This document shows, piece by piece, positions 7,111 through 15,963 of a stretch of DNA of 52,121 nt. The translations under genes and the position numbers were made by a program. The stretch covers positions 1-52,121 of the forward strand of contig JAQXTJ010000066.1 in the NCBI GenBank assembly GCA_029219425.1, read 5' to 3'. Below the pieces are notes generated by a model. That model ran no database searches. It had not been told where the DNA came from and was given only the letters and a program-made list of their open reading frames with translations. Source of the stretch: Bacteroidales bacterium. Lineage in GTDB: Bacteria; Bacteroidota; Bacteroidia; Bacteroidales; Muribaculaceae. Numbering within the stretch: the first letter of the stretch is position 1; each line of letters opens with the position of its first letter.

Positions 7111-8688
7111 ATGGATATGATAATCGACATAACTATCATTGCTGCCGCCGTGGCCTTGTTCCTCACCGAAGTGAAGTGGGACATGCAGATGATGCAGCAA
7201 AATTCCTACCGCAACGAACGCTTCATCAAGTGGCTCAAGGGTAGCAGCGAATATGCAGGCGTGAGCCGCCTTGCCGACCTCGCCATGCTCGTGCTCGCAC
7301 TCTCCACTTTCATGCAGTCGTGGCCGGTGAAGCTAATTCTCGCCCTCGCCATGGCTGTGAAGTGCGTTATTGCTCTCCGCAAAAAGTACAAGAAGCCACT
7401 CGTGTTCACCAAGCGTGTGCTGCGCCTCTACATCACCGAGTGCACAGTGCTCCTCGGCGTGGCAGCTCTCGCTGCCGTGATGCGCGGGCTTGCTTTCGAG
7501 GCGGGTCTGGCAGCACTTTTCTTCGCCACTTTCTCCTGGGCGTTCACCCTTGCCTTCAACTGGCTGCTAAAACCCATTGAGCAGGCTATCAACAACAGCT
7601 TCGTGCGCGATGCCAAGCGAATACTCGCCGAGATGCCCCACATCACCATCGTGGGAATCACAGGCAGCTATGGCAAGACGAGCACCAAGCACTACCTCTA
7701 CCGCATTCTCTCCGAGAAATTCTCAGTGCTTATGACGCCCGGCAGCTTCAACACTCCTATGGGCGTGGTGCGCACCGTGCGCGAGATGCTTCAGCCCTAC
7801 AACGACCTCTTCATCGTGGAGATGGGTGCCAAGAATGTGGGCGACATCAAGGAGATTTGCGACATCGTGCACCCTCACATGGGCATAGTCACCGCCGTGG
7901 GTGAGCAGCACCTTGAGTCGTTCAAGTCAATCGAGAATGTGCAGCGCACCAAGTTTGAGCTTATCGACGCACTGCCGGCCGATGGCTTCGCCGTGCTCAA
8001 CGACGATTTCCCTTTCGTTGCCTCTCGCAAGGTCGATAACGTGCCTGTGCGCCGCTACTCCGTAGCCGACAAGCCCACCAGCGACTTCCATGTGGAGAAC
8101 ATCTCTTATAGTGCCGCCGGCACTCGGTTCACTCTTGTGGGCGAGGGCCGCCGCTTGGAGCTTAGCACCCGCCTCGTGGGTGAATGCAACATCTCCAATC
8201 TCATGGCTGCCGTCATCATGGCTCTGCACCTCGGCGTAGAGGAGGATAAGATAAAGTATGCCGTGAGCCGCATTGAGCAGGTGGAGCACCGTCTCAACGT
8301 GAAGCGCACCGCCTCTGGTATCACTATCATCGACGACGCATTCAACTCCAACCCCGACGGCTCCCGCATGGCTCTCGACGTGCTCGCAGGCATGAATGGC
8401 GGAAAGCGCATCGTCATCACCCCGGGAATGATTGAGCTTGGCTCAAAGCAGGAGTATTTCAACGAGTTGTTTGGCGAGCATATCGCCGAAACTGCCGACG
8501 TGGCTATCATCGTGGGTCAGTACAACCGCGACGCTATCCTCAAAGGCATCGGCCACAAGAAGAGTATGGACGCTAAGAGTGTACACACCGTGGCCACATT
8601 TGCCGAGGCGCAGAAGCTGATGCTCTCATTCGCCAAAGCCGGCGACACCGTGCTCTACGAGAACGACCTCCCCGACTCTTTTAAGTAA
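7111..8688 (+). CDS. MurF-like Mur ligase (UDP-MurNAc-tripeptide:D-Ala-D-Ala ligase family) with an N-terminal polytopic membrane domain
   Basis: The P-loop GITGSYGKTS is at residues 182-190. The central domain (GIVTAVGEQHLESF) and C-terminal domain (DDAFNSNPDGS…ITPGMIELG) are MurF-like. Residues 1-153 form about 4-5 hydrophobic helices instead of the usual soluble domain 1. The gene starts 9 nt after the hydrolase stop. Confidence 0.75.
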   Translation: MDMIIDITIIAAAVALFLTEVKWDMQMMQQNSYRNERFIKWLKGSSEYAGVSRLADLAMLVLALSTFMQSWPVKLILALAMAVKCVIALRKKYKKPLVFTKRVLRLYITECTVLLGVAALAAVMRGLAFEAGLAALFFATFSWAFTLAFNWLLKPIEQAINNSFVRDAKRILAEMPHITIVGITGSYGKTSTKHYLYRILSEKFSVLMTPGSFNTPMGVVRTVREMLQPYNDLFIVEMGAKNVGDIKEICDIVHPHMGIVTAVGEQHLESFKSIENVQRTKFELIDALPADGFAVLNDDFPFVASRKVDNVPVRRYSVADKPTSDFHVENISYSAAGTRFTLVGEGRRLELSTRLVGECNISNLMAAVIMALHLGVEEDKIKYAVSRIEQVEHRLNVKRTASGITIIDDAFNSNPDGSRMALDVLAGMNGGKRIVITPGMIELGSKQEYFNELFGEHIAETADVAIIVGQYNRDAILKGIGHKKSMDAKSVHTVATFAEAQKLMLSFAKAGDTVLYENDLPDSFK

Positions 8689-8734
8689 TTGATATTCAAA
8701 AAAAAGAACGATAATATAAGGCATTAAAGAAAAG

Positions 8735-9943
8735 ATGAAGACCAACATTGGAGTATTTTTCGGCGGACGTTCCACCGAACATGAGATTTCAGTGATTTCG
8801 GCATCGCAGGCCATGCATGCCATAAACCGCGATAAATACGACGTTACACCCATATACATTTCAAAACAGGGTAAGTGGTACACCGGCGACGCCCTTTTCG
8901 ACGTGGCCAACTACCGCGACATCACAGCCCTCCTCGCGAAGTGCCAAGAGGTATATATGCGCCCTATCTACGACGACTACAACCTCTACCGCACCCGCAA
9001 GCCCCTTTTCGGCAGCGATGTGGTCACTCGCCTCGATGTGGTGATTCCAGTGCTCCACGGCTCCAACGTGGAAGATGGCATTTTCGAGGGTGTGCTACAG
9101 ACGATAGGAATCCCCTATGCCGGCTGCGATGTGCTCTCAAGTGCCAATGGCATGGACAAGATTACAATGAAGATGATTCTCGCGGCCTGCAACATTCCTG
9201 TGGTCGATTATGTGTGGTTCACCGACAAGCAATGGTTTGCACAGCGTGAGCAACTTATTGCCCAAATAGAGTCGAAGCTGGGCTACCCGGTAATCGTGAA
9301 GCCCGCCAACCTCGGCTCATCGGTGGGCATTGGCTGCGCCCACAACCGCGAGGAGCTTATCGACAAGGTCGATGCTGCCGAGCAATATTCCACACGCCTC
9401 ATCGTGGAATATATGGTGAAAGACCTTCAGGAAATCAACTGCTCGGTGATAGGCGACTGCAACGAATACCGCACTTCGGTCCTCGAGCAGCCCCTCACTT
9501 CGCAGGACATCCTCACCTACACCGATAAGTACATGGGCGGCACAAAGGGTGCCAAGGGCATGGCTGCATCGCAGAAGAAATTCCCCGCCGACCTCCCCGA
9601 TGCCGAAACCAAGCGTATTCAGTTCCTCGCCGGCGAGACTTTCCGCGCCCTCTCATGCCACGGTGTGAGCCGAGTGGATGTGATGATTGAGGGCAAGAGC
9701 GACAGCGATGCGCAGGGTTGCCGCCGAATCTTCGTCAATGAAATCAACACCATTCCCGGCTCGCTCTCTTTCTACCTGTGGGAAGGCTCGGGAATGAAAT
9801 TCGATGAGGAAATGGACTTCCTCGTGCAGCTCGCACTCAAGCGCAAGCGCGAGCAAGGCATGAAAACAGTGAGCTACGACCAGAACATTTTCTCCCTCGG
9901 AGGCGGAATTAAGGGCGGAAAAATGGGTAAGTTAGGAAAATAG
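8735..9943 (+). CDS. ddl: D-alanine--D-alanine ligase family ATP-grasp enzyme (long form)
   Basis: It has GVFFGGRSTEHEISVISA at the N-terminus and NEINTIPGS near the C-terminus. At 402 aa it also carries an extended loop, KYMGGTKGAKGMAASQKKFPADL, and a Gly/Lys-rich tail, SLGGGIKGGKMGKLGK. Confidence 0.85.
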   Translation: MKTNIGVFFGGRSTEHEISVISASQAMHAINRDKYDVTPIYISKQGKWYTGDALFDVANYRDITALLAKCQEVYMRPIYDDYNLYRTRKPLFGSDVVTRLDVVIPVLHGSNVEDGIFEGVLQTIGIPYAGCDVLSSANGMDKITMKMILAACNIPVVDYVWFTDKQWFAQREQLIAQIESKLGYPVIVKPANLGSSVGIGCAHNREELIDKVDAAEQYSTRLIVEYMVKDLQEINCSVIGDCNEYRTSVLEQPLTSQDILTYTDKYMGGTKGAKGMAASQKKFPADLPDAETKRIQFLAGETFRALSCHGVSRVDVMIEGKSDSDAQGCRRIFVNEINTIPGSLSFYLWEGSGMKFDEEMDFLVQLALKRKREQGMKTVSYDQNIFSLGGGIKGGKMGKLGK

Positions 9944-9955
9944 CAGAATTTTTTG

Positions 9956-9963
9956 TAAGTTTG
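9956..9963 (+). promoter_or_regulatory. Bacteroidetes -7 box TAAGTTTG
   Basis: Matches TAnnTTTG, 28 nt before the ileS ATG at 9991. It overlaps the TTG start used by the track ORF, which argues against that start. Confidence 0.55.
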
Positions 9964-9990
9964 CAATGTTTTTTTGATAAAAATATTTTT

Positions 9991-12900
9991 ATGAATCGCA
10001 AATTCAACGAATATAGCAAGTTCAATCTTTCAGAAATCAACAAGGAGATTCTGGAGAAGTGGGACGAGGAAAATGTGTTTGAGAGCAGCATCAAAGAGCG
10101 CGAGGGAGCACCTTCGTTTGTCTTTTTCGAAGGCCCGCCATCGGCCAATGGTATGCCGGGAATTCACCATGTGATGGCTCGCACCATCAAGGATATCATC
10201 TGCCGCTACAAGACCATGAAAGGCTTCCAGGTGATGCGCAAGGCCGGCTGGGACACTCACGGCCTCCCCGTGGAGCTGGGCGTGGAAAAAGCCCTCGGCA
10301 TCACAAAGGAGGACATCGGTTCGAAAATCTCGGTCGATGACTACAATGCTGCCTGCCGAAAGGAGGTTATGAAATACACCCGCGAGTGGGAGGACCTCAC
10401 TCACCGCATGGGCTACTGGGTGGATATGCAGCATCCCTATATCACCTACGAGAACAGCTACATCGAAACCCTCTGGTGGCTCCTCAAGCAGCTTCACGGA
10501 AAGGGCTTGCTCTACAAAGGCTACACCATTCAGCCCTATTCTCCCGCTGCCGGCACCGGCCTCAGCTCTCACGAGCTCAACCAGCCGGGCTGCTACCGCG
10601 ACGTGAAGGACACCACCGTCACAGCCCAGTTCCGCGTGAAGGACAATGGCAACTCCGTGGTTGAGGCTATCAAGGCCGTGGCCGCCGATGGCTTCAGGCA
10701 GAACATCTGTATCATCGCATGGACCACAACACCCTGGACTCTGCCTTCCAACACCGCTCTCTGCGTTGGCCCGAAGATTCAGTACGTTGCCGTTGAGACA
10801 TTCAACCCCTATAATGGCTCGCCTATGGTGTGCATCTTGGCCAAGGAGCGCGTAAGTGCCTATTTTGCCGCCGATGCCGCCACAAAGCCTTTTGCCGAAT
10901 ACCAGCCCGGCGATAAGGTGGTTCCCTACCGCGTCATTGCCGAGTTCTCCGGCTCCGACCTCGTTGGCATCGCCTACGAGCAGCTCTTCCCATGGGTGAA
11001 GCCTGTGGACAAAATCGACGACAAGATTGTGGTCAATGAAAATGGCTTCCGCGTTATCCCCGGCGACTATGTAACCACCGAGGATGGTACGGGAATCGTG
11101 CACATTGCCCCCACATTTGGTGCCGATGATGCTTTTGTTGCCAAGGCTGCGGGCATCCCATCGCTCTTCATGATCAACAAAAAGATGGAAACCCGCCCCA
11201 TGGTCGATTTCACCGGCAAGTACTGGCTCATGGACGAGCTCGACCCCGATTTCGTTGAAAATTGCATCAATAAAGAGCTTTACAAGGACTATGAAGGCGA
11301 GTTTGTGAAGAATGCCTACTCTCCAAAATACAACGTCGATGGAAAATACGACGAGAAGGCTGCCACAAAGGACGAGGATCTCAATGTGGTTATCTGCATT
11401 CGCATGAAGCAGGCCGGTTCGGCCTTCAAGATTGAGAAGCATGTGCACAACTATCCTCACTGCTGGCGCACCGACAAGCCCGTGCTCTACTATCCCCTCG
11501 ACAGCTGGTTTATCCGCTCCACTGCCTGCAAGGACCGCATGGTTGAGCTCAACAAGACCATCAAGTGGAAACCCGAGCACACCGGCACCGGCCGTTTTGG
11601 CAAGTGGCTTGAGAACCTCAACGACTGGAACCTTAGCCGCAGCCGCTACTGGGGCACTCCACTCCCCATCTGGCGCAGCGACGACAAGGAGGAAATCTGC
11701 ATTGGCAGCGTAGAGGAGCTTTACGACGAGATTGAGAAATCGGTGGCTGCCGGTATTATGAAGTCCAACCCATGGAAGGAAAAGGGCTTCGTTCCCGGTG
11801 ATTACAGCAAGGAGAACTACGACAAAATCGACCTCCACCGCCCCTATGTGGATGACATCGTTCTCGTCTCGCCCACCGGCAAGCCAATGAAGCGTGAGCT
11901 CGACCTTATCGACGTGTGGTTCGACTCCGGCTCCATGCCCTACGCCCAAATCCACTATCCCTTTGAGAACAAGGAGGCTCTCGACAGCCGCACTGCATAT
12001 CCTGCCGACTTCATCGCCGAGGGCGTTGACCAGACTCGAGGCTGGTTCTTCACACTCCATGCCATCGCCACCATGGTCTTCGACAGCGTGGCCTATAAGT
12101 CGGTAATATCCAATGGTCTTGTGCTCGACAAGAATGGCAACAAAATGAGCAAGCGTCTCGGCAATGCCGTCGATCCATTCAGCACCATTGAGAAATATGG
12201 CACCGACCCCTTGCGATGGTATATGATTTCCAATTCTTCGCCTTGGGACAACCTTAAGTTCGACCCTGCCGGAGTTGAGGAGGTGAGCCGCAAGTTCTTC
12301 GGTACTCTCTACAACACCTACTCTTTCTTCGCACTCTATGCCAATGTCGATGGCTTCGACAACTCGCTGCCACAAGTGCCCATGAGCGAACGTCCCGAAA
12401 TCGACCGCTGGATTATCTCTCTCCTCAATTCCCTTGTGGCCGAGGTGGGTCGTCAGCTCGACGACTATGAGCCAACAAAGGCTGCCCGCGCCATTTCCGA
12501 CTTCGTAGGCGACAACCTTAGCAACTGGTATGTGCGCCTCAACCGCAAGCGTTTCTGGGCCGGCGAGATGACCACCGACAAGCTATCGGCTTATCAGACT
12601 CTCTACACCTGCCTCGAAACAGTGGCTCTGCTCATCGCGCCTGTGTCGCCCTTCTTCGCCGACAGGCTCTACCGCGACCTCACCGCCGTGACCAAGGGCT
12701 GCGACAAGTCGGTGCACCTCGCCAAGTTCCCCTCTGTCGATGAGAGCGTAATCAACCCCGCTCTCGAAGAGCAGATGCAGGTGGCTCAGGATGCAACATC
12801 CATGGTGCTTGCCCTGCGCCGCAAGGCCAACCTCAAGGTGCGCCAGCCTCTCAGCACCATCATGGTGCCTGTGATGAGCGACACTCAGAAGGCCGACATC

Positions 12901-13506
12901 GAAGCTATGGGCGACTTGATTCTCAACGAAGTGAACGTGAAAAGCATCAAGTTCGTTGGCAATGAGGATGGCGTGCTCGTGAAGCGAGTGAAACCCGACT
13001 TCCGCAAGCTCGGCCCGAAGCACGGAAAGGTGATGAAACAGCTCGGAAAGATGATTGCCGAAATGAGCCAGGCCGACATTATAGAGTTTGAGAAGAATGG
13101 TTCGTTCACTTTCCTTATCAATGGCACTCCTGCCACCGTGGAGGCCTGCGATGTGGAGATTATCTCCGAGGACATCCCCGGATGGCTCGTGGCCAATGAG
13201 GGCAACCTCACCGTAGCTCTCGACATCACAGTAACCGAGGAACTCAAGCGCGAGGGTATCGCACGCGAGATTGTGAACCGAATCCAGAATATCCGTAAGG
13301 ACAAGAATTTCGAAATCACCGACCGCATCAATGTTACCATCTCATCTTGCGCGACATCCAACGAAGCTATTAATGAGTATGCCGACTACATTTCCAAGCA
13401 GGTGCTGGCCGACTCGCTTGTGGTGGCCTCTTCTCTCGAAGGTGATGAATGTATTGAGCTCGACATGGATGGCTACTCTCTTTCGGTTATCGTAGCTAAA
13501 TCTTGA
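9991..13506 (+). CDS. ileS: Isoleucine--tRNA ligase (long, type 2 form)
   Basis: Class I signatures are present: PSANGMPGIHHV (HIGH region) and NKMSKRLGN (KMSKS). The size (about 1170 aa) fits, with editing and anticodon-binding regions. Confidence 0.97.
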   Translation: MNRKFNEYSKFNLSEINKEILEKWDEENVFESSIKEREGAPSFVFFEGPPSANGMPGIHHVMARTIKDIICRYKTMKGFQVMRKAGWDTHGLPVELGVEKALGITKEDIGSKISVDDYNAACRKEVMKYTREWEDLTHRMGYWVDMQHPYITYENSYIETLWWLLKQLHGKGLLYKGYTIQPYSPAAGTGLSSHELNQPGCYRDVKDTTVTAQFRVKDNGNSVVEAIKAVAADGFRQNICIIAWTTTPWTLPSNTALCVGPKIQYVAVETFNPYNGSPMVCILAKERVSAYFAADAATKPFAEYQPGDKVVPYRVIAEFSGSDLVGIAYEQLFPWVKPVDKIDDKIVVNENGFRVIPGDYVTTEDGTGIVHIAPTFGADDAFVAKAAGIPSLFMINKKMETRPMVDFTGKYWLMDELDPDFVENCINKELYKDYEGEFVKNAYSPKYNVDGKYDEKAATKDEDLNVVICIRMKQAGSAFKIEKHVHNYPHCWRTDKPVLYYPLDSWFIRSTACKDRMVELNKTIKWKPEHTGTGRFGKWLENLNDWNLSRSRYWGTPLPIWRSDDKEEICIGSVEELYDEIEKSVAAGIMKSNPWKEKGFVPGDYSKENYDKIDLHRPYVDDIVLVSPTGKPMKRELDLIDVWFDSGSMPYAQIHYPFENKEALDSRTAYPADFIAEGVDQTRGWFFTLHAIATMVFDSVAYKSVISNGLVLDKNGNKMSKRLGNAVDPFSTIEKYGTDPLRWYMISNSSPWDNLKFDPAGVEEVSRKFFGTLYNTYSFFALYANVDGFDNSLPQVPMSERPEIDRWIISLLNSLVAEVGRQLDDYEPTKAARAISDFVGDNLSNWYVRLNRKRFWAGEMTTDKLSAYQTLYTCLETVALLIAPVSPFFADRLYRDLTAVTKGCDKSVHLAKFPSVDESVINPALEEQMQVAQDATSMVLALRRKANLKVRQPLSTIMVPVMSDTQKADIEAMGDLILNEVNVKSIKFVGNEDGVLVKRVKPDFRKLGPKHGKVMKQLGKMIAEMSQADIIEFEKNGSFTFLINGTPATVEACDVEIISEDIPGWLVANEGNLTVALDITVTEELKREGIAREIVNRIQNIRKDKNFEITDRINVTISSCATSNEAINEYADYISKQVLADSLVVASSLEGDECIELDMDGYSLSVIVAKS

Positions 13507-13531
13507 TTTCAACCATAAAAAACTAATTGTC

Positions 13532-13918
13532 ATGAGCGAAAAAACACGTTATTCCGATGAGGAATTGCAGGAGTTCAAAGAGCTTATCCTTGCTAAGCTC
13601 GAGAAGGCCAACAGGGATTACGACCTCCTGCGCTCGAATGTGATGAACACCGACGGAAACGACACTGCCGACACCAGCCCCACTTTCAAAGTGCTTGAAG
13701 AGGGTGCCAACACTCTCGGCAAGGAGGAGGCCGGACAGCTCGCACAGCGTCAGCTAAAGTTCATCCAGAAGCTCCAGGCCGCACTGGTGCGAATTGAGAA
13801 CAAGACCTACGGCGTGTGCCGCGCTACCGGGAAACTCATTCCCAAAGAGCGACTCCGGGCTGTGCCTCACGCCACGCTTGCGATTGAAGTTAAGAACAAT
13901 GATAACCGACGTAATTAA
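13532..13918 (+). CDS. TraR/DksA family protein (zinc finger degenerate)
   Basis: It has a coiled-coil N-terminal part and a C-terminal YGVCRATGKLIPKERLRAVPHA motif resembling the DksA/TraR finger, but only one Cys is visible. It holds the conserved position between ileS and lspA. Confidence 0.65.
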   Translation: MSEKTRYSDEELQEFKELILAKLEKANRDYDLLRSNVMNTDGNDTADTSPTFKVLEEGANTLGKEEAGQLAQRQLKFIQKLQAALVRIENKTYGVCRATGKLIPKERLRAVPHATLAIEVKNNDNRRN

Positions 13919-13921
13919 AGA

Positions 13922-14575
13922 ATGAAGTTATCTCGAGGATGGCTTGCCACGATTATTATCGTGGCAGTCATATTAATCGACCAGATTGTGAAAATATGGG
14001 TTAAGACCAGTTTCTTCTATGGTGAGGAACTGGTCATAACCGATTGGTTCCGACTCTATTTCATCGAAAATAATGGTATGGCATTCGGCTTTGAGTTTGG
14101 AAGCAAGCTCATCCTCACATGGTTCCGTATCATTGCCGTGGGATTGTTCATCTACTACATCGTGCGCATTCGGTGCCGCACCGACATTCCTCGCGGTTTC
14201 CTCGTGTGCATCTCGCTCATCACTGCCGGTGCCGCCGGCAATGTGATCGACTGCATCTTCTATGGCCTCATATTCGATGCTCCGGCATTCCCTCACACCG
14301 CCACGCTCTTCCCGCCCGATGGTGGCTATGGCACCATCTTCAATGGCCGTGTGGTCGATATGCTCTATTTCCCTCTCGTGGAGTGGAACTGGCCCGTGTG
14401 GATGCCTTGGTTGGGTGGCAATCACTTCGTGTTCTTCCAGCCAATCTTCAACATCGCCGATGCCGCACTCAGCGTGGGCGTGATTGTCCTCATCCTATTC
14501 TATTCGCGACACCTCTCGGGCAATGCACTGAAGATTACCGACCACAACGAGGAGAATGAGGCTGCCGAAAAATGA
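13922..14575 (+). CDS. lspA: Lipoprotein signal peptidase II
   Basis: Motifs IENNGMAFG, VVDMLYF and FNIADAALSVG are present, with multiple TM helices. Confidence 0.93.
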   Translation: MKLSRGWLATIIIVAVILIDQIVKIWVKTSFFYGEELVITDWFRLYFIENNGMAFGFEFGSKLILTWFRIIAVGLFIYYIVRIRCRTDIPRGFLVCISLITAGAAGNVIDCIFYGLIFDAPAFPHTATLFPPDGGYGTIFNGRVVDMLYFPLVEWNWPVWMPWLGGNHFVFFQPIFNIADAALSVGVIVLILFYSRHLSGNALKITDHNEENEAAEK

Positions 14576-14609
14576 TTCAAAGTTTGTTTTCAACTCACCT
14601 GCATTAACG

Positions 14610-15575
14610 ATGACTCTGCTCTCACGCATTTCCTTGTTTGCCCTCTCTTTTGCGGTGCTGCTCCTCCCGGCTTGCAGCTCCAAGCCCGATATGGTGCTCG
14701 ATGAGGACGAAATGATAGACCTGCTCACCGACATTCACAAGAGCGAGGCTATCATCGAGACCAATCCTCAGAAGTTCATGGGCGACTCGCTGAAGGCTGT
14801 CGTCCGCCAGTCGGTGTTTGCCAAGCATGGCGTCACGCAAGAAGAGTACGATTCATCTATTGTGTGGTATGGACACAATGTCGGCAAGTACATCAAGGTA
14901 TATGATGGTGTGATTGCCGCTCTCGAGGATGAGGAGCTTGAGCTTGCTCAGGCCGAAAGTCCAAAGGGTGTGAAGGTGAAGCGCGTGAAGAAGCGCTACC
15001 CATCGGCAGGCGACAGTGCCGACATCTGGGACAAGGAACGCTCCTGGATTCTCATGCCTCAGTATCACCGCAGTATCATTCGATTCGATATCTCTCAGAA
15101 GCCCGACGACCGAAGTGGCGACTTCTACACTTTCACCTACCGTCTGCGCAACTCGGCCACTTCTGTTAAGGCTTTCATCGGCGCCGACTACTACGATGGG
15201 ACCACATCCTTTGCCTATCGCACATCGGGCGTGGAGGGTGAGTCGCAGCTCAAGCTGCAATGCGACTCCACAAAGCGCGTGAAGCGCGTGTATGGCTACA
15301 TATCAGCCGAACCCGCAGCACGCGAGTGCATCTATGTGGACAGCATCATGCTGCTGCGCACACGTCTCAATGCCGACGCCTATCGCGTGTTCGATCTTCA
15401 GAAGTGGAGTGGGCCAAAGGCCATCAGCCCTGCCGCCCTCAAAAAGAAGGCTGCCGACAACGAAAAGCGTGCTGCCGAGGCTAAGGAGCGTGAAAGCATG
15501 GAGCATGAAAGGGGCGAGGCTGCCCCACCCTCCCACCGTCAGCGCCGCCTTGCGCCAAAACCACCCGGCAAATGA
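14610..15575 (+). CDS. DUF4296-like lipoprotein
   Basis: ATG 14610 gives a lipoprotein signal ending in LLPACSS. The DEDEMIDLLTDIHKSEAII region matches the DUF4296 family that follows lspA in Bacteroidetes, by recognition. The C-terminal tail is Lys/Glu/Ala-rich. Confidence 0.6.
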   Translation: MTLLSRISLFALSFAVLLLPACSSKPDMVLDEDEMIDLLTDIHKSEAIIETNPQKFMGDSLKAVVRQSVFAKHGVTQEEYDSSIVWYGHNVGKYIKVYDGVIAALEDEELELAQAESPKGVKVKRVKKRYPSAGDSADIWDKERSWILMPQYHRSIIRFDISQKPDDRSGDFYTFTYRLRNSATSVKAFIGADYYDGTTSFAYRTSGVEGESQLKLQCDSTKRVKRVYGYISAEPAARECIYVDSIMLLRTRLNADAYRVFDLQKWSGPKAISPAALKKKAADNEKRAAEAKERESMEHERGEAAPPSHRQRRLAPKPPGK

Positions 15576-15883
15576 AACGCTACATCAGTAATTACATATT
15601 AATCAATTCCACACAGCACACCAACAGTGTGCTGTGTGTGGATAATAACGGCACTTGCTCCGTGCATCGCTTCGATGTGGAAACTGCCGCCACCCTCTAT
15701 GTCGAGGGGGCAATTGTGGTGGCTCCCGCCTCTGCATTTGCCGCCATCGAGGCCGCCCTCCTATGCGCGTCTTCGCTCCGCAAGGCTCTTGATGCCATTC
15801 TTCCGCTCACTGCCGCATCTTCCACAGAAAGCACATTAATAGCTCAAGTTTCGTTTTCGCCCAAAATTGTGCGAAAATTGTAA
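15572..15883 (+). CDS. Hypothetical small protein (103 aa)
   Basis: ATGA overlap with the preceding stop suggests translational coupling. Codon usage is host-like. I recognise no family. Confidence 0.4.
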   Translation: MKRYISNYILINSTQHTNSVLCVDNNGTCSVHRFDVETAATLYVEGAIVVAPASAFAAIEAALLCASSLRKALDAILPLTAASSTESTLIAQVSFSPKIVRKL

Positions 15884-15923
15884 CATTCAGCGGCTGTTTT
15901 TTCATTATTCCACAGAATATCAC

Positions 15924-15931
15924 TATCTTTG
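15924..15931 (+). promoter_or_regulatory. Bacteroidetes -7 box TATCTTTG
   Basis: Matches TAnnTTTG, 33 nt before ATG 15964. It overlaps the GTG used as the track ORF start. Confidence 0.55.
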
Positions 15932-15963
15932 TGAATCAATATATCAGAAAAAAGCACATATAT

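Noticed and set aside
10030-12375. Very long antisense ORFs opposite real genes: 781 aa opposite ileS; also 45145..46338 opposite fhs, 40641..41741 opposite the NlpC/P60 gene, 42088..43248 opposite the transglutaminase-like gene, 34520..35512 opposite galM, and 51319..52029 opposite nrdD.
   Set aside because: The sense-strand products carry unambiguous family signatures. The antisense translations are low-complexity (rich in H, V, G, A and L) with no motifs. Long stop-free antisense frames are an expected by-product of GC3-biased codon usage.
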